Shown here: positions 46,225 to 56,832 of the stretch, one piece after another
Layout: each line of letters begins with the position of its first letter
How positions within the stretch are numbered: the first letter of the stretch is position 1
Assembly (NCBI GenBank): GCA_963803315.1
Contig: CAWDLY010000020.1
Coordinates: forward strand, 136,426 to 200,425
Length of the DNA stretch: 64,000 bases
Direction of reading: 5' to 3'
Source of the DNA: an uncultured Verrucomicrobiae bacterium
Lineage (GTDB): Bacteria > Verrucomicrobiota > Verrucomicrobiia > Chthoniobacterales > UBA10450
Made by a program: the position numbers and the translations under genes
The notes under the pieces: model-generated
Told to the model about the DNA's origin: nothing
The model's input: only the letters and a program-made list of their open reading frames with translations
Databases searched by the model: none

Positions 46225-47173
46225 CTAATCGTAAATTCCATCGACTTTCCAAGCTTGATCGGCATCGCGATAACAACGGCACAGCGCGCCATTCTCCAAT
46301 TGCAAATCCCATTCGGCGCGCGCCCACAAATTTTCATCCCACCAGTTTCCGGAAGAATGATAAGGTCCGTTCGCGTTTTGCACCTCGCCTTGTAGTTGCG
46401 AACTCTGCAAATGCGCAGGTTCATTTTCCGTCGATAAAACAGACGCCGAAATTGGAGAGCGGAATCGCCGTAGCGCACAAGACGGCATCTGTTGTTCCAC
46501 TGCAGTGACCTCATCGAGCTCCCACGTGAATGGCTCGAGATGAAAACTGTCCGGCCGGTGTGTGTCTTCCAGAACCGGCGTGCCAACACGATCGGCTCCG
46601 AGCAAACCGGTCAAACGCGCCAGAGTTTCGGAAAGTTGCGCCGGATCACGGAGCGCTGTTTCAAAAAGACCGAATTGCTGTTGCCCGGGCCTGGCCGCTT
46701 GCGCCTCGAGCGAGACCGCGGTGATGGGAAACTCCGATCTAAAATTTTCGAGATGCGTATGCAGCATTCGAAACAGCACTTCCACGCTGCGGGTTGGCCT
46801 GCGGAATTTTAAAGCGATGCTCGTAACTTTTTTTGTCGCTAAAAGTGATTTGCAGATTCAGCTCGTTGGCGACGAGATAAAGCGCGCCGAGACGCAGAGA
46901 TATTTGCTCTAAAAAACGGCGCAGAATGAAAAGAAGCGGCTCGACCGTTTCGATTTCGTTTTCGAACTCGAATGTCTCGGCAAACGATTCCACCGGCGGC
47001 ACGAGCTTGAGCAAGCGAACGCATTTGCCATTAGCGCGTTCCCACAAATGCACTGCGGTCGGCCCGAGACGTCGCCCAAGATCGTCTTTATTTAAATTAG
47101 CGAATTGGCCGAGCGTGTGAATTCCCCACTTGTGCAGGATGTCTAGGATATGCTGAACTTCGAGCCGCCTTAT
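46225..47173 (-). pseudogene. imuB: ImuB (Y-family polymerase-like) C-terminal two-thirds, detached from its N-terminus and frameshifted
   Basis: Opens after an in-frame TAG at 47174-47176: IRRLEVQHILDILHKWGIHTLGQFANLNKDDLGRRLGP... (ORF 46739-47053). It continues in ORF 46225-46785 after a shift near 46790. The stop lies 15 nt before dnaE2. Confidence 0.7.
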
Positions 47174-47207
47174 CTATCGATGTCTTAGTGGTCATTGCAA
47201 ATAGCCT

Positions 47208-47283
47208 GTCATCCTGAGCGAAGCGAAGGACCTCGCAAAAATCCCAATGTATTCGTGAGGTCCCTCGCTTCGCTCGGGATGAC
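47208..47283. repeat. Palindromic MITE-like repeat (family A)
   Basis: GTCATCCTGAGCGAAGCGAAGGACCTCGC...GTGAGGTCCCTCGCTTCGCTCGGGATGAC, 35 nt from the imuB break. Confidence 0.8.
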
Positions 47284-47338
47284 ATGTTCGGTATGCAACG
47301 GTAATTTCCGCGTTTCGTTTGCATGGACATGTCTAAGA

Positions 47339-49276
47339 TTAGCGCTTCGGCAGAAGGCGCATCTTCGTTTCCTCTGGCAAAGCGGATGCGCTAATCCAGT
47401 TCGTGGCCGCATTGGCATCCATTTTTAGCCAGTTGCCGAGAAGAGATTCGAGCCGGCTGTTGCGCATTCTTTCATTGCTAATCGTTTGCGCCCATTGCAC
47501 CGCCGCCGCTGGATCAGACCCCATAATTCGCCCGGTATAAGCATTGACGGCGGCATCCCGGGAATCGCCCGCCGGCAAGGTGCCGAGCCACGAGCCAGCC
47601 GCATACGGATCGTTTTGCGCCCATCGATTCATCACGGTTTCAAAAGCGCGTTGCCGCGTTGGGCCTTCGGGAAAAGAGGCGGCCCATTTGCTTGCCGCTT
47701 GCGGATCGTCTCCGGCCCATTGCCAGCCGATCGAGCCCGCCGCACTAGCTTGCGAATCGCCTGCGGGCAATCGCGCTACCAGCCGTGTCGCTTCCGGCAA
47801 ATCGGTCTCCGCGACCGAAGCAATAATGCCGGGCAAAACAGAATCGCGCGTGGCACTCGGCAAACTGCTCACCCACGCGATGGCCGCCTGGGCATCGACT
47901 CGGGCCCATTGCCGCGAAATATTTTCGAGCAAATTATTGCGTCCAGCCAGGTCACTTGAACGCAAAGCAAAATTGGCCGCCGCTTGGGGATCGGCTTGCG
48001 TCCATTGCGAAACAATATTGGTGAGCGCATTTTGCTTGCCCGGACCGTCGGGAAGTTTTTGCGCCCAGGCGATGGCGTTTTGCACATCGCTGCTGGCTAA
48101 TTGCATCGCGATGGCGGTGACGGCTTTCTCCTGCGCTTTCCCCGCGGGCATGCTCGCGACGTACTCGGCGGCCGCCGCCGGTTCCGATTGCACCCAGGTG
48201 GCGAGCACATTGCTCAAGGCATTTTGCTGTGCCTCGTTCGCCGGTAACCTCTGCGTCCAGGCGAGCGCAGCGCGGGGATCAGTTGTGGCCCATTGCCGGG
48301 CAATGTTGGCGACCGCTTGATCCCGCGCGGAACCGGAAGGCAATGTGTCGATCATGGAAGCGGCTTTTTGCGGATCTTTGTTCCCCCAATTGGAAAAAAT
48401 ATTCTGCAGCGCGTTATTCCGACCCTGCCCAGCGGGCAAAGTATTCGCCCAGGCATAAGCCGCCTCCGGATCCTGCTGGGCCCAATTGGAAGCGACCACT
48501 TGCAACGCTGTGTCTCGACTCGATCCGGCTGGCAGTTGTGCGGCGCGTTGGGCGGCCGCAAGTGGATCGTCCGAGGTCCAGCGGGTGAAAATCGGCCAAT
48601 ACAAACCCTGGCGCTTCCGGCCCTCAGGCAGGTTTTGCAAAAAAGCGAGTGCCGCTTGTGGATCTTTCTCCGCCAATGCGGAAACGATTGTTTGCATGGC
48701 CTGATCGCGCTGCGGACCGGGCGGAAGCTGCTCCACCCACGCCATGGCCGCAGTGGTATCGTGCTCGGCCCAACCGGCCACCGCACTCGTTAGGGCCCAA
48801 TTGTGAAATGATCCGGCCGGCAAACCCTGCGCGTAAACGACGGCGGCTTTGGGATCGAGTTCCGCCCAACGGGCGATCACCATCGGCACAACCATGCTTT
48901 TTTCGCGGTCGCGCAGCGTTTCTACGAAAGCGAGAACTTCACGAACATTTTGTTGATCGACCAAATCGATCACTCGATTCAATGCGGCATAGGTGCGTTG
49001 TCGGCCGGAATGCAGTAAGGCCGCTTTGATTTTCGAAATGATCGCGGCGGCGCTTGTGCCGGATGGAACCGCCTCATCAGCATCGCGCTTTGATTCCGCA
49101 ATAGCGACGCTCTCTGGAGGAAGAGAGGGCGCAGGGGAAATGGTGGAAGCCGCTAATGAGTTAACGGATTTTTGCGACGCAGCATTTCTGACCACCGGAA
49201 ATGCATAACGGCCAACTGCGATTCCGATCATGAGCGCGACAAACGCAATGACGGCTGAAGGAACAAAGCGCTTCAC
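47339..49276 (-). CDS. Membrane-anchored protein built of ~15 tandem ~36-aa helical repeats
   Basis: 645 aa with an N-terminal TM segment. The recurring unit is LPxGxxRxxAxxxIxxxWxxxDPxAAxxW (for example LPAGQGRNNALQNIFSNWGNKDPQKAASMIDT). Confidence 0.7.
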   Translation of the reverse strand: MKRFVPSAVIAFVALMIGIAVGRYAFPVVRNAASQKSVNSLAASTISPAPSLPPESVAIAESKRDADEAVPSGTSAAAIISKIKAALLHSGRQRTYAALNRVIDLVDQQNVREVLAFVETLRDREKSMVVPMVIARWAELDPKAAVVYAQGLPAGSFHNWALTSAVAGWAEHDTTAAMAWVEQLPPGPQRDQAMQTIVSALAEKDPQAALAFLQNLPEGRKRQGLYWPIFTRWTSDDPLAAAQRAAQLPAGSSRDTALQVVASNWAQQDPEAAYAWANTLPAGQGRNNALQNIFSNWGNKDPQKAASMIDTLPSGSARDQAVANIARQWATTDPRAALAWTQRLPANEAQQNALSNVLATWVQSEPAAAAEYVASMPAGKAQEKAVTAIAMQLASSDVQNAIAWAQKLPDGPGKQNALTNIVSQWTQADPQAAANFALRSSDLAGRNNLLENISRQWARVDAQAAIAWVSSLPSATRDSVLPGIIASVAETDLPEATRLVARLPAGDSQASAAGSIGWQWAGDDPQAASKWAASFPEGPTRQRAFETVMNRWAQNDPYAAGSWLGTLPAGDSRDAAVNAYTGRIMGSDPAAAVQWAQTISNERMRNSRLESLLGNWLKMDANAATNWISASALPEETKMRLLPKR

Positions 49277-49341
49277 AAGACGAATATGAGCGGGTTTAAT
49301 ATATGTTCAAGTGAACTTAAGCAAATCGGGGTCTCTTTTTT

Positions 49342-49433
49342 GTCATGTCGAGCGAAGTCGAGACATCTCACATTGTTCATCGTCCTCCGTCCCAGCTAAC
49401 AGTTAGAGATTCCTCGACTTCGCTCGGAATGAC
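49342..49433. repeat. Palindromic MITE-like repeat (family B)
   Basis: GTCATGTCGAGCGAAGTCGAGACATCTCAC ... AGAGATTCCTCGACTTCGCTCGGAATGAC. Confidence 0.8.
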
Positions 49434-49596
49434 ATAGATGGCGGTTTCACTGCGATCGCGCACCTCAGATGATTTTTCTCGGACATTTCGGTAAGGCGTC
49501 TAAAAACGCGCGGCCATATGAGTTGTCTCTCGCGGGGCGGGTTTTCGTTCAGGATTTTTCTTGACAATCATTTCTCGCTCTGTCGTTCTCGCTCAC

Positions 49597-52182
49597 ATGA
49601 ACACTTCCTCTCAGTTCGCTCGTTTCCTCTTTCCTCTTTCCTCGTTTCCTCGTTTCCTCGTTTCCTCGTTTCCTCGTTTCCTCGTTTCCTCGTTTCCTCG
49701 TTTCTCCTTTTCATTATCCCGTTCTCGGCTTCCGCGCTACTGATGCGCGATGATGGACCCGAGCCCGTCATTGTCCAAATAAAGGAGTCGTTGCGAACAT
49801 CGGACGATTTGGATAGCCGGCTGGCGGAGTTCGCGTTGCTACGCCAGCAGAGTCGGGTAGATGCCATCAAATGGTGGGCTGGCCGGAAATTATTGGTCAT
49901 GCTTTCTTTCCCAACAAATTTCACCGAGCAACAAGCATTGGCGGTTATCGCCCGGCTGAAACAATCGCCCGCAGTTGAAAAAGTAGTTGCGCAATCGGCC
50001 TTCAATCTCGAGTTCAAGTCAGGTGATTTTTCCCGTGATTACGAAGCCTCTGCGGCAATCCCGGACGCTGCTCGCCGCGGTTTTGATGTGGCCGCCTTTC
50101 TCGTCCGGCAGTCAATTACAGCGCAACCACTGAGCTTCCTCTTCACGTTGCGAATCGACTGATCGTTCGTTGGAAGGATGAATACGTCTGGAAAGCTGCT
50201 CAAACTGGTTTCAGCAGCGCTTCGCCAATTTTAACGCACAACGAGAATGCAACGTCGTTAAAGAATACAGGTATTCCGATCATGATCTGACTCAGCTTCT
50301 TGAATTCGATCCGGTGGAATACTCGGTTCTGAGTCAACTAAGGTATTACCAAGCCTGTGATTGGGTGGATTATGTTCAGCCAGATTATATTTACGAGCCT
50401 CAAAGACGTGCCAAACGATACCTTTTACGGCGGTTACCAACAGGCGAAACTAGCCAAGATCAGTGCTGAGGCCGCGTGGAGCATAACCCATGGAAGCAAG
50501 TCGGTGATTGTTGGCATCCTGGACACAGGTGTGAATACAGCGCATCCGGACTTTATGCCAAATCTCTGGAGCGGACAGAATAATCCTGACCCAAAGAACT
50601 TTACCACTACCCCGCACTCAACAAACATATATGACGGCAATGGACATGGAAGTAATGTCGCTTCAATTGTTGGAGCAAAAGGAAACAACGGGCTTTATTT
50701 GAGCGGCGTTAGTTGGATTGTTTCGCTCATGCATCTCAAGGTCCTGACGGATGGTACTCGACAGGATCCAAGCCATGGGGACGATGATTGGACTATCGAC
50801 GCTATCAACTATGCTCGCACTCATGGTGCTTCTGCCATCAATTTGAGTTATGGCGGTTATGTTATTGATAATTTGTCCGAGACGCGTTGGATCTCGCGCG
50901 ACAGAGCAATGTCGTGGCGGTATGCGCAGCCGGTAATGACGACTCGAACACAGATACCGCGCCATTCGTGCCAGCTGATTACCCGACGGACAATGTAATT
51001 TCGGTGGCGGCGTCCGACCAGTATGATGTGAAATGGTTTCATTCGAATTTCGGCCCAAAGACCGTTGACCTGGCTGCCCCAGGCGTAGCGATATATGGTT
51101 TAAAGCCAACCTATACCGACGATCATTTCGCAAGCAATTACATCGCTTACAGGGAACTTCTCAAGCCGCCCCCCATGTGACTGGCACAATCGCCTTGCTA
51201 AAGACAAAATATGATTGGGAGGATTATCATGGTCTCAGGGATCGCGTGCTCATGGGGACCGATGACGTTACCTCATTTGCGGGATTGACCCGGACGGGAG
51301 GGCGCTTGAACGCGGCTAAGGCGCTGCACCCAGATCAGTGATTCGCAATCTTTCTACGCGTGCTCGGGTAGAGAGCGGTGACCGCATCATGATCGGCGGA
51401 TTCATGATCGGCGGGAGCGGAAGCGGAACATTGAAGGTCATGATTCGCGCCCTCGGACCCAGTATCCAGGGACTGAGCGTTCCCAAACTTAGCGACCCTA
51501 AAATTCGGTTAAACAATGCCTCTGGCCAGATTGCCTCGAACAATAACTGGTAGAAGCCCACACGCAAGAAACGCTCATCATGTCGACCGGACTCGCGCCG
51601 ACCGATGACCGGGAAGCAGCTATGGTGCAGACTTTGCCCCCGGGGCCTTATACCGTATTCGTGGAAATCCAGAGCGGACAACCTGGAGTGGGAGTGTTCG
51701 AAATTTACGAATTGGAGGGCGGCGCAGATGAGCAAACCCGCCTAGTTGATGTCGCCACACGCTGTATCGTCGGAATCAATGAGGAACGAGCGATCGCCGG
51801 CGTAATTATCGGCGACCTCGCCCACCCCAACGACGTGACCCTTCCGAAACGCAGTCTTCTCATACTAGGCAAAGGACCAAGCTTGCTCACCGTTCCGGGG
51901 CGTTTGGCGAACCCTTTCCTCACGCTTAACAATTCGGTCGGCACTCAAATGGCTACGAACGATTCTTGGTCGAGCGCACTGGCGCCGGTTGTCGCGGCCG
52001 CGAACAGTTCCTGGACGACGCAGCCGGCCGCCGTTGATGAACTGGTCCAGGCAGGCTTCAGTCCCACCTCCGCTTCTGAAAGTGCGGTGTGGCCAATTCT
52101 GAAATCAGGTCTCTATACGGCCGTCTTAAGCGGCGTAAGCGGCGGCACTGGTATCGGTTTAATAGAGATGTTCGAATACTGA
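49597..52182 (+). pseudogene. Subtilisin-like (S8) serine peptidase with propeptide and two C-terminal ~110-aa modules, at least 6 frame changes plus an in-frame TAG
   Basis: Parts in order: MNTSSQFARF leader, octamer tract, I9-like propeptide (VIVQIKESL...), Asp (VGILDTGV), His (NGHGSNVASIVGA), Ser (GTSQAAPHVTG at ~51150), then IRNLSTRARVESGDRIMIGGF... modules. Pieces lie in ORFs 49518-50162, 50357-50998, 50887-51180, 51338-51553 and 51580-52182. Confidence 0.65.
49621..49705 (+). repeat. Octanucleotide microsatellite (CGTTTCCT)x7 perfect (49643-49698) with degenerate flanking units
   Basis: Read directly: cgtttcct ctttcct ctttcct (cgtttcct)x7 cgtttct. The unit length is not a multiple of 3. 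Confidence 0.9.
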
Positions 52183-52198
52183 ACGAAGGAGACGGCTT

Positions 52199-53405
52199 AT
52201 GAAACTAAGAATAGTCTATCATCTGTTTGTGAAGGCTGTCGCGCTAAGCGTATGCATGGTTCCCCTCTGTGCGCGCGCTGCCGCAGGCGATCTGTACGTA
52301 GCAGGTCAGGGGTCCGGGGACTTTTTTCAATCGATTTTCAAATTTACTCCTACCGGTACGATGAGTACCTTTGCCTCGTTCGATATCTCCAGTATCCCAG
52401 CAGGAGTTGCCTTTGACACCGCGGGCAATCTCTTTGTCGCCGATGCCGGCACTGGAACAATCTTCAAGTTCACTCCCGCCGGAAGTCGGAGCACATTCGC
52501 ATCGGGAGCGATCAGCCCGATTGGCATCGCCTTCGATGGCTCTGGGTAATCTGTTTGTGGCTGACTCCGCCAGCCATGCGATCCTCAAATTCACACCCAA
52601 TGGAGTAGAAAGCGAGTTCGGTTCCACCGGAATGGGTCCTCCTAGCGGCCTGGCATTTGATAATTCTGGCGATCTTTTCTGTAACCGAACGCTGACTCGC
52701 ATCTTCCGGTTCAAACCAAACGGGACAAAAAGCACCTTCGCCTCCGGACTAAGCGACCCCTCCGGTCTGGCATTTGACCGCGCTGGTAACCTCTTTGTGG
52801 CAGATAACATCAGCGGAACGATCTTCAAATTCACTCCTGCTGGAGTGAAGACCACTTTTGCCTCAGGGCTGGGCAACGTTCACGGGCTGGCCTTTGACAG
52901 CTCGGGCAATCTCTTTGCGACGGCCAGCAGCTTGATTTTGAAATTCACGCCCGATGGAACAAAAACCACCTTCGCCTCCTTGATCGGAAGCTACCTCGCC
53001 TTCGAACCGGTGACCGAAAAGCTGCGCAACATCAGCGCACGTGGATTTGTTCAAACGCGGGACAATGTTTTGATTGCCGGCTTGATCGTTGGCGGCAACG
53101 GCCTGGCCAACAATGCTGTCGTGTTGCGCGCCATCGGGCCTTCTCTTTCACATTCTGGAATCGCTAATCCCCTACAAGATCCAATGCTGGAATTACACAA
53201 CTCCAGCGGCACGATTATCGCATCCAATGACAATTGGCAGGACACGCAACAGGCGCAAATCATGGCGAGCGGCCTTGCACCAAGTGATGCGCATGAATCA
53301 GCAATCTTTGCCGCACTGCCGGCCGGGGCCTACACCGCGATCGTGCGTGGCGTCGATGACACCACGGGCGTAGCTTTGGTCGAAGTTTACAGTCTTATCA
53401 GGTAA
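52199..53405 (+). pseudogene. Secreted NHL/beta-propeller repeat protein with the same C-terminal module as the S8 peptidase, one frameshift
   Basis: Repeats of the form GNLFVAD...GTIFKFTPxGxxSTFASGLxxPxGLAFD. ORFs 52199-52549 and 52371-53405 join at GGG 52544-52546. The C-terminal module is KLRNISARGFVQTRDNVLIAGLIVGG...GAYTAIVRGVDDTTGVALVEVYSL. Confidence 0.65.
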
Positions 53406-53513
53406 ACTGTCGCTGCCGGAGCAAGCATGTTTGCCTAACGAGTAAAGTAGAATCGGTTTCCTGCCGCTTTTCTTTTCTTTGCCACGCGACTGGAAGTCGC
53501 GTCGACATGCACC

Positions 53514-55520
53514 TTAGATGATTTTTTGCGGACATTTCGGCAATGCATTCAGAAACGCGCGTCCGTATGATTTCGTCACGATGCGATTATCTAAAATCAC
53601 CACGATGCCATGATCGCTCTTCGTGCGAATCAACCGTCCGACTCCCTGCCGAAATTTTAGCACCGCTTCCGGCAAAGAATATTCTGTGAACGGATCGCCT
53701 CCGCGCTCCTGCACAAGTTCCAGTTTCGCCTCGATGAGCGGATGGTCGGGAACGGCAAACGGTAGTCGCGTGATGATGACATTGGAAAGCGCCTCGCCGG
53801 GAACATCCACGCCCATCCAGAAACTGTCCGTCCCAAAAAGAACGCTGCGCGGTGTGTTCTTGAACTGTTCAAGCAACCGCCCGCGCGGCGCACCCTGTCC
53901 CTGCACCAGCAGGTTCATTCTGCTTTTCGCAAAAAACGTTTCCATCTCTCCCGCGAGCAATTGCATTCCGCGATAGCTCGTAAAGAGAACAAAAGCGCGG
54001 CCCTCCGTCTGCTCGACAAAATGCGCGACCCATTTCGCGAGCGCTTCGTTGTAACCGGCGTCGCGCGGATCGGGCATTTTCTTTACGACGAACAATTCCA
54101 TCTGCGCGGTGAAATCGAACGGACTTCCCAGTTGCACCGGCTCGGCTTCGCCCGCGCCAATGCGCTCGCGGAAATAAGCGAGATCAGGACGGCCGACAGC
54201 GAGCGTTGCGCTCGTCATGATGCAGGAACAATCATCCCGAAAAAGCATGCGCCGGAGAACGGGCGCGATATCGATCGGCGCGGCATTAAGCGAAAGGAAC
54301 TGCGCCGTTTTTCCGGTGCGCTCGACCCAATAAACGTGGCCCTCCGCGCTCTGCTCCAGGAATGTGACGATGCCAAGCCGCGCATCGCGAACGCGGCGGC
54401 CGAGCTCATTTAGCTCGGCTTTGAGAAATTCATCGTCGTTGCGCCTGACCACCTCGGTGATGCGCGCCTGCAAGCCCATCAAGCGCGCGCTGATCGTATC
54501 GGGCACAAAATCCGGCTCGCGCACGCGCACTTCGCGGCCTTTGCGAAAATCGCAACGCTCCTCGACCGCTTTGAAAAATCTGTCGAGATCGTCCACCAGC
54601 TCCGCCGCCAAAGTCACGCCCGCCGCATCGCGTGTAACGGTAAAGAGACCTTTGCGCGTGCGCGCGTTGTAAAGTCGCTGCACCGTGCTCCGCAGCCCAT
54701 ATTGCGAAACGCCAATCCCGATCTGGCGCGAAGCGACCTGCTCGACCGTATGGGCTTCATCGAAAATAATGAAGTCGTTAGGGAAAAGATAACCGCTTTC
54801 GCGTTCGGCCATTTCCTCGACACCGCCCAGAAGCATGAAGAGCAAGGTGTGATTGATGACGATCACGTCGGCTGCGAGCAATCGTTTGCGGGCTTGCTGG
54901 AAAAAACAGTTCCCAAGCAGGCCGCATGTTTTCGTCGTGCAGATATGCGCTTCGCTACAGATCTGCGTCCACACTTTCGCGTCCGGCTCGATCGACAAAT
55001 CGCTCAGCGAACCATCCTTTGTCGTGCGCGCCCAATCGGCGATGCGTTCGAGTTCCACCTTCTCCGACGTCGTGAAAAGCTCGGTCGCCTGCTGTAATGC
55101 GCGCTCCAGACGCCGCGGACAAAGATAATTTTGCCGGCCTTTCAATAACGCCGCTTCAAATTCGATCGGCAGAATTTTTTTTACGATCGGAATGTCCTTG
55201 TTCAGCAACTGTTCCTGAAGACTGATGGTGTAGGTCGAAATGATGGCCTTTTTCGATTGCTCGATGGCGTAGAGAACCGCCGGCACGAGGTAGGCAATCG
55301 ATTTGCCAACGCCAGTGCCGGCTTCGATGACCAGATGACGCTCTTCTTCCAGAGCGCGGGCCACCGCCCTGGCCATCTCCTGTTGCTCGCGGCGATACTC
55401 GAAATTCTTTGCTTTGGAGAGCAAACCATCGGAGGCGAAGATCGCGCAAACGCGTTCCACGAATTCGGTTCCGAGGTTGTTTTTGAGCGCGATCATAGCG
55501 GCCGAAGCACCAAGCACCAA
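53514..55520 (-). CDS. dinG: DinG-family ATP-dependent DNA helicase
   Basis: 668 aa with EAGTGVGKSIAYLVPA (Walker A), FDEAHT (DEAH box), and the C-terminal helicase motif GVGRLIR. The start may be Met 55496, because the first codons lie in a repeat. Confidence 0.85.
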   Translation of the reverse strand: MVLGASAAMIALKNNLGTEFVERVCAIFASDGLLSKAKNFEYRREQQEMARAVARALEEERHLVIEAGTGVGKSIAYLVPAVLYAIEQSKKAIISTYTISLQEQLLNKDIPIVKKILPIEFEAALLKGRQNYLCPRRLERALQQATELFTTSEKVELERIADWARTTKDGSLSDLSIEPDAKVWTQICSEAHICTTKTCGLLGNCFFQQARKRLLAADVIVINHTLLFMLLGGVEEMAERESGYLFPNDFIIFDEAHTVEQVASRQIGIGVSQYGLRSTVQRLYNARTRKGLFTVTRDAAGVTLAAELVDDLDRFFKAVEERCDFRKGREVRVREPDFVPDTISARLMGLQARITEVVRRNDDEFLKAELNELGRRVRDARLGIVTFLEQSAEGHVYWVERTGKTAQFLSLNAAPIDIAPVLRRMLFRDDCSCIMTSATLAVGRPDLAYFRERIGAGEAEPVQLGSPFDFTAQMELFVVKKMPDPRDAGYNEALAKWVAHFVEQTEGRAFVLFTSYRGMQLLAGEMETFFAKSRMNLLVQGQGAPRGRLLEQFKNTPRSVLFGTDSFWMGVDVPGEALSNVIITRLPFAVPDHPLIEAKLELVQERGGDPFTEYSLPEAVLKFRQGVGRLIRTKSDHGIVVILDNRIVTKSYGRAFLNALPKCPQKII

Positions 55521-55645
55521 AACCCAAATCCCAAGGAAACTCCAATCACGAAATTACAATAGCTTGTCCCCAGCAAGGGTTGGAGCTTGAAGATTGGTGC
55601 TTCTCTGGGGTTTGGTGCTTGGGATTTGGGATTTCGCATCCGCGG
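55505..55645. repeat. Composite inverted repeat built of GGTGCTTGG / GGGATTTGGG sub-units
   Basis: GCACCAAGCACCAAAACCCAAATCCCAAGG ... GGGGTTTGGTGCTTGGGATTTGGGATTTCGC, in the dinG / lptF-G divergent spacer. Confidence 0.6.
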
Positions 55646-55683
55646 CGTGCAGGTTCAACCGGGTTAGGCTAAATTCGCCGCCG

Positions 55684-56832
55684 ATGCGCCTGCTCGACCG
55701 CTACGTACTCCGCAATTTCCTGCAGGCGTACTTCTATTGTATTGCCGCGTTTTTCTCCATCTGGCTCATCTTCGATATCAGCGACAAGATCTCTACCTTT
55801 CTCGACGAGCGTCTTCCGCTCCACCGCGTCCTGCATTATTACCTCACCCAAATCCCGCAGATTTTCGTTATCCTTCTGCCGGTCTCGTTTCTTCTCGGTC
55901 TGCTTTTTTGCCTCGGCCGCATGTCGCGTGCGAACGAAATCGTCTCGATGCTGACCGCGGGCATCAGTCTGCCGCGCGTCATTTTGCCGCTGATCTGCGT
56001 TGGAGTAATCACTTCGGTGGCCATGGCCGCGTTGAATTATTCTCTCGCGCCGCATGCAGATATCGCGCAGCGCGCTTTCGACGAAGAAACACACGCCCGT
56101 CGGGAATACAAAGGAGTGATTGGCCAGATCTTTCGTAATCGGGCCGACAATCGCACCTGGTTTATTCAGTCATTTGTTCCCGGAGAAAATGAATTTCACA
56201 GCGTCCAGGTTCTTCAGCAGGATCAGCATGACGACATCACGCGCGACTATCTCGCGAATAAGGCCATTTATCATCCGGAAGACAAAGCCTGGGAACTGCA
56301 GGGAGTTAAAATCGTCGATTACGACGCTGCTGGAAATATCAAGCGTTCGCGCATTCTGCGATCTTTCGTCATCAAAGATTGGAGTGAGACGCCGTATCGA
56401 TTGGTGAGCGCGAATATGCGCGCGGATTCACTCAGCGTTCCGGAGCTGCGCGAATATTTGCATTTCAATTCCGACTTTCCGCCCGTTTTGCTGGCGCCTT
56501 TCGCCACGCATTTGCAATATCGCCTCGCCCTGCCTTGGAGTTGTCTGGTCGTTGTTTTCATTGCCGCGCCACTTGGCGTCGGCTTTTCGCGGCGCGGGAT
56601 TCTTTCCAGCGTGGCGACTGCGATTCTTCTCGTGTTCGCGATGAATTTTCTTACTCACTTCTTTCTCGCGCTCGGTGAGGGGTATCGCATCTCCGCATGG
56701 GTCGCCGGTTGGACACCGAACATCGCATTCGCCATCATCGGTGCTTATTTATTGTATTTGCGTGCGGGCAATCGTGAAGCGCCGGGACTCCGCTTCGCCT
56801 TTGCCCGCGCCGCTTCTACCCCTAACGAATGA
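55684..56832 (+). CDS. LptF/LptG family permease (YjgP/YjgQ)
   Basis: MRLLDRYVLRNFLQAYFYCIAAFFSIWLIFD..., 6 TM segments with a periplasmic beta-jellyroll insert. ATG 55684 is preferred over the ORF-track start. Confidence 0.8.
   Translation: MRLLDRYVLRNFLQAYFYCIAAFFSIWLIFDISDKISTFLDERLPLHRVLHYYLTQIPQIFVILLPVSFLLGLLFCLGRMSRANEIVSMLTAGISLPRVILPLICVGVITSVAMAALNYSLAPHADIAQRAFDEETHARREYKGVIGQIFRNRADNRTWFIQSFVPGENEFHSVQVLQQDQHDDITRDYLANKAIYHPEDKAWELQGVKIVDYDAAGNIKRSRILRSFVIKDWSETPYRLVSANMRADSLSVPELREYLHFNSDFPPVLLAPFATHLQYRLALPWSCLVVVFIAAPLGVGFSRRGILSSVATAILLVFAMNFLTHFFLALGEGYRISAWVAGWTPNIAFAIIGAYLLYLRAGNREAPGLRFAFARAASTPNE

Noticed and set aside
49621-49705. CRISPR array
   Set aside because: The only short tandem repeat in the window is an 8-nt microsatellite without spacers. 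The palindromic families are dispersed rather than arrayed, and no cas genes are present.
53514-55520. DinG helicase as part of a defence system
   Set aside because: It stands alone between an NHL-repeat gene and lptF/G, with no nuclease, methylase or cas-like partner. It looks like the housekeeping DinG/YoaA-type helicase.
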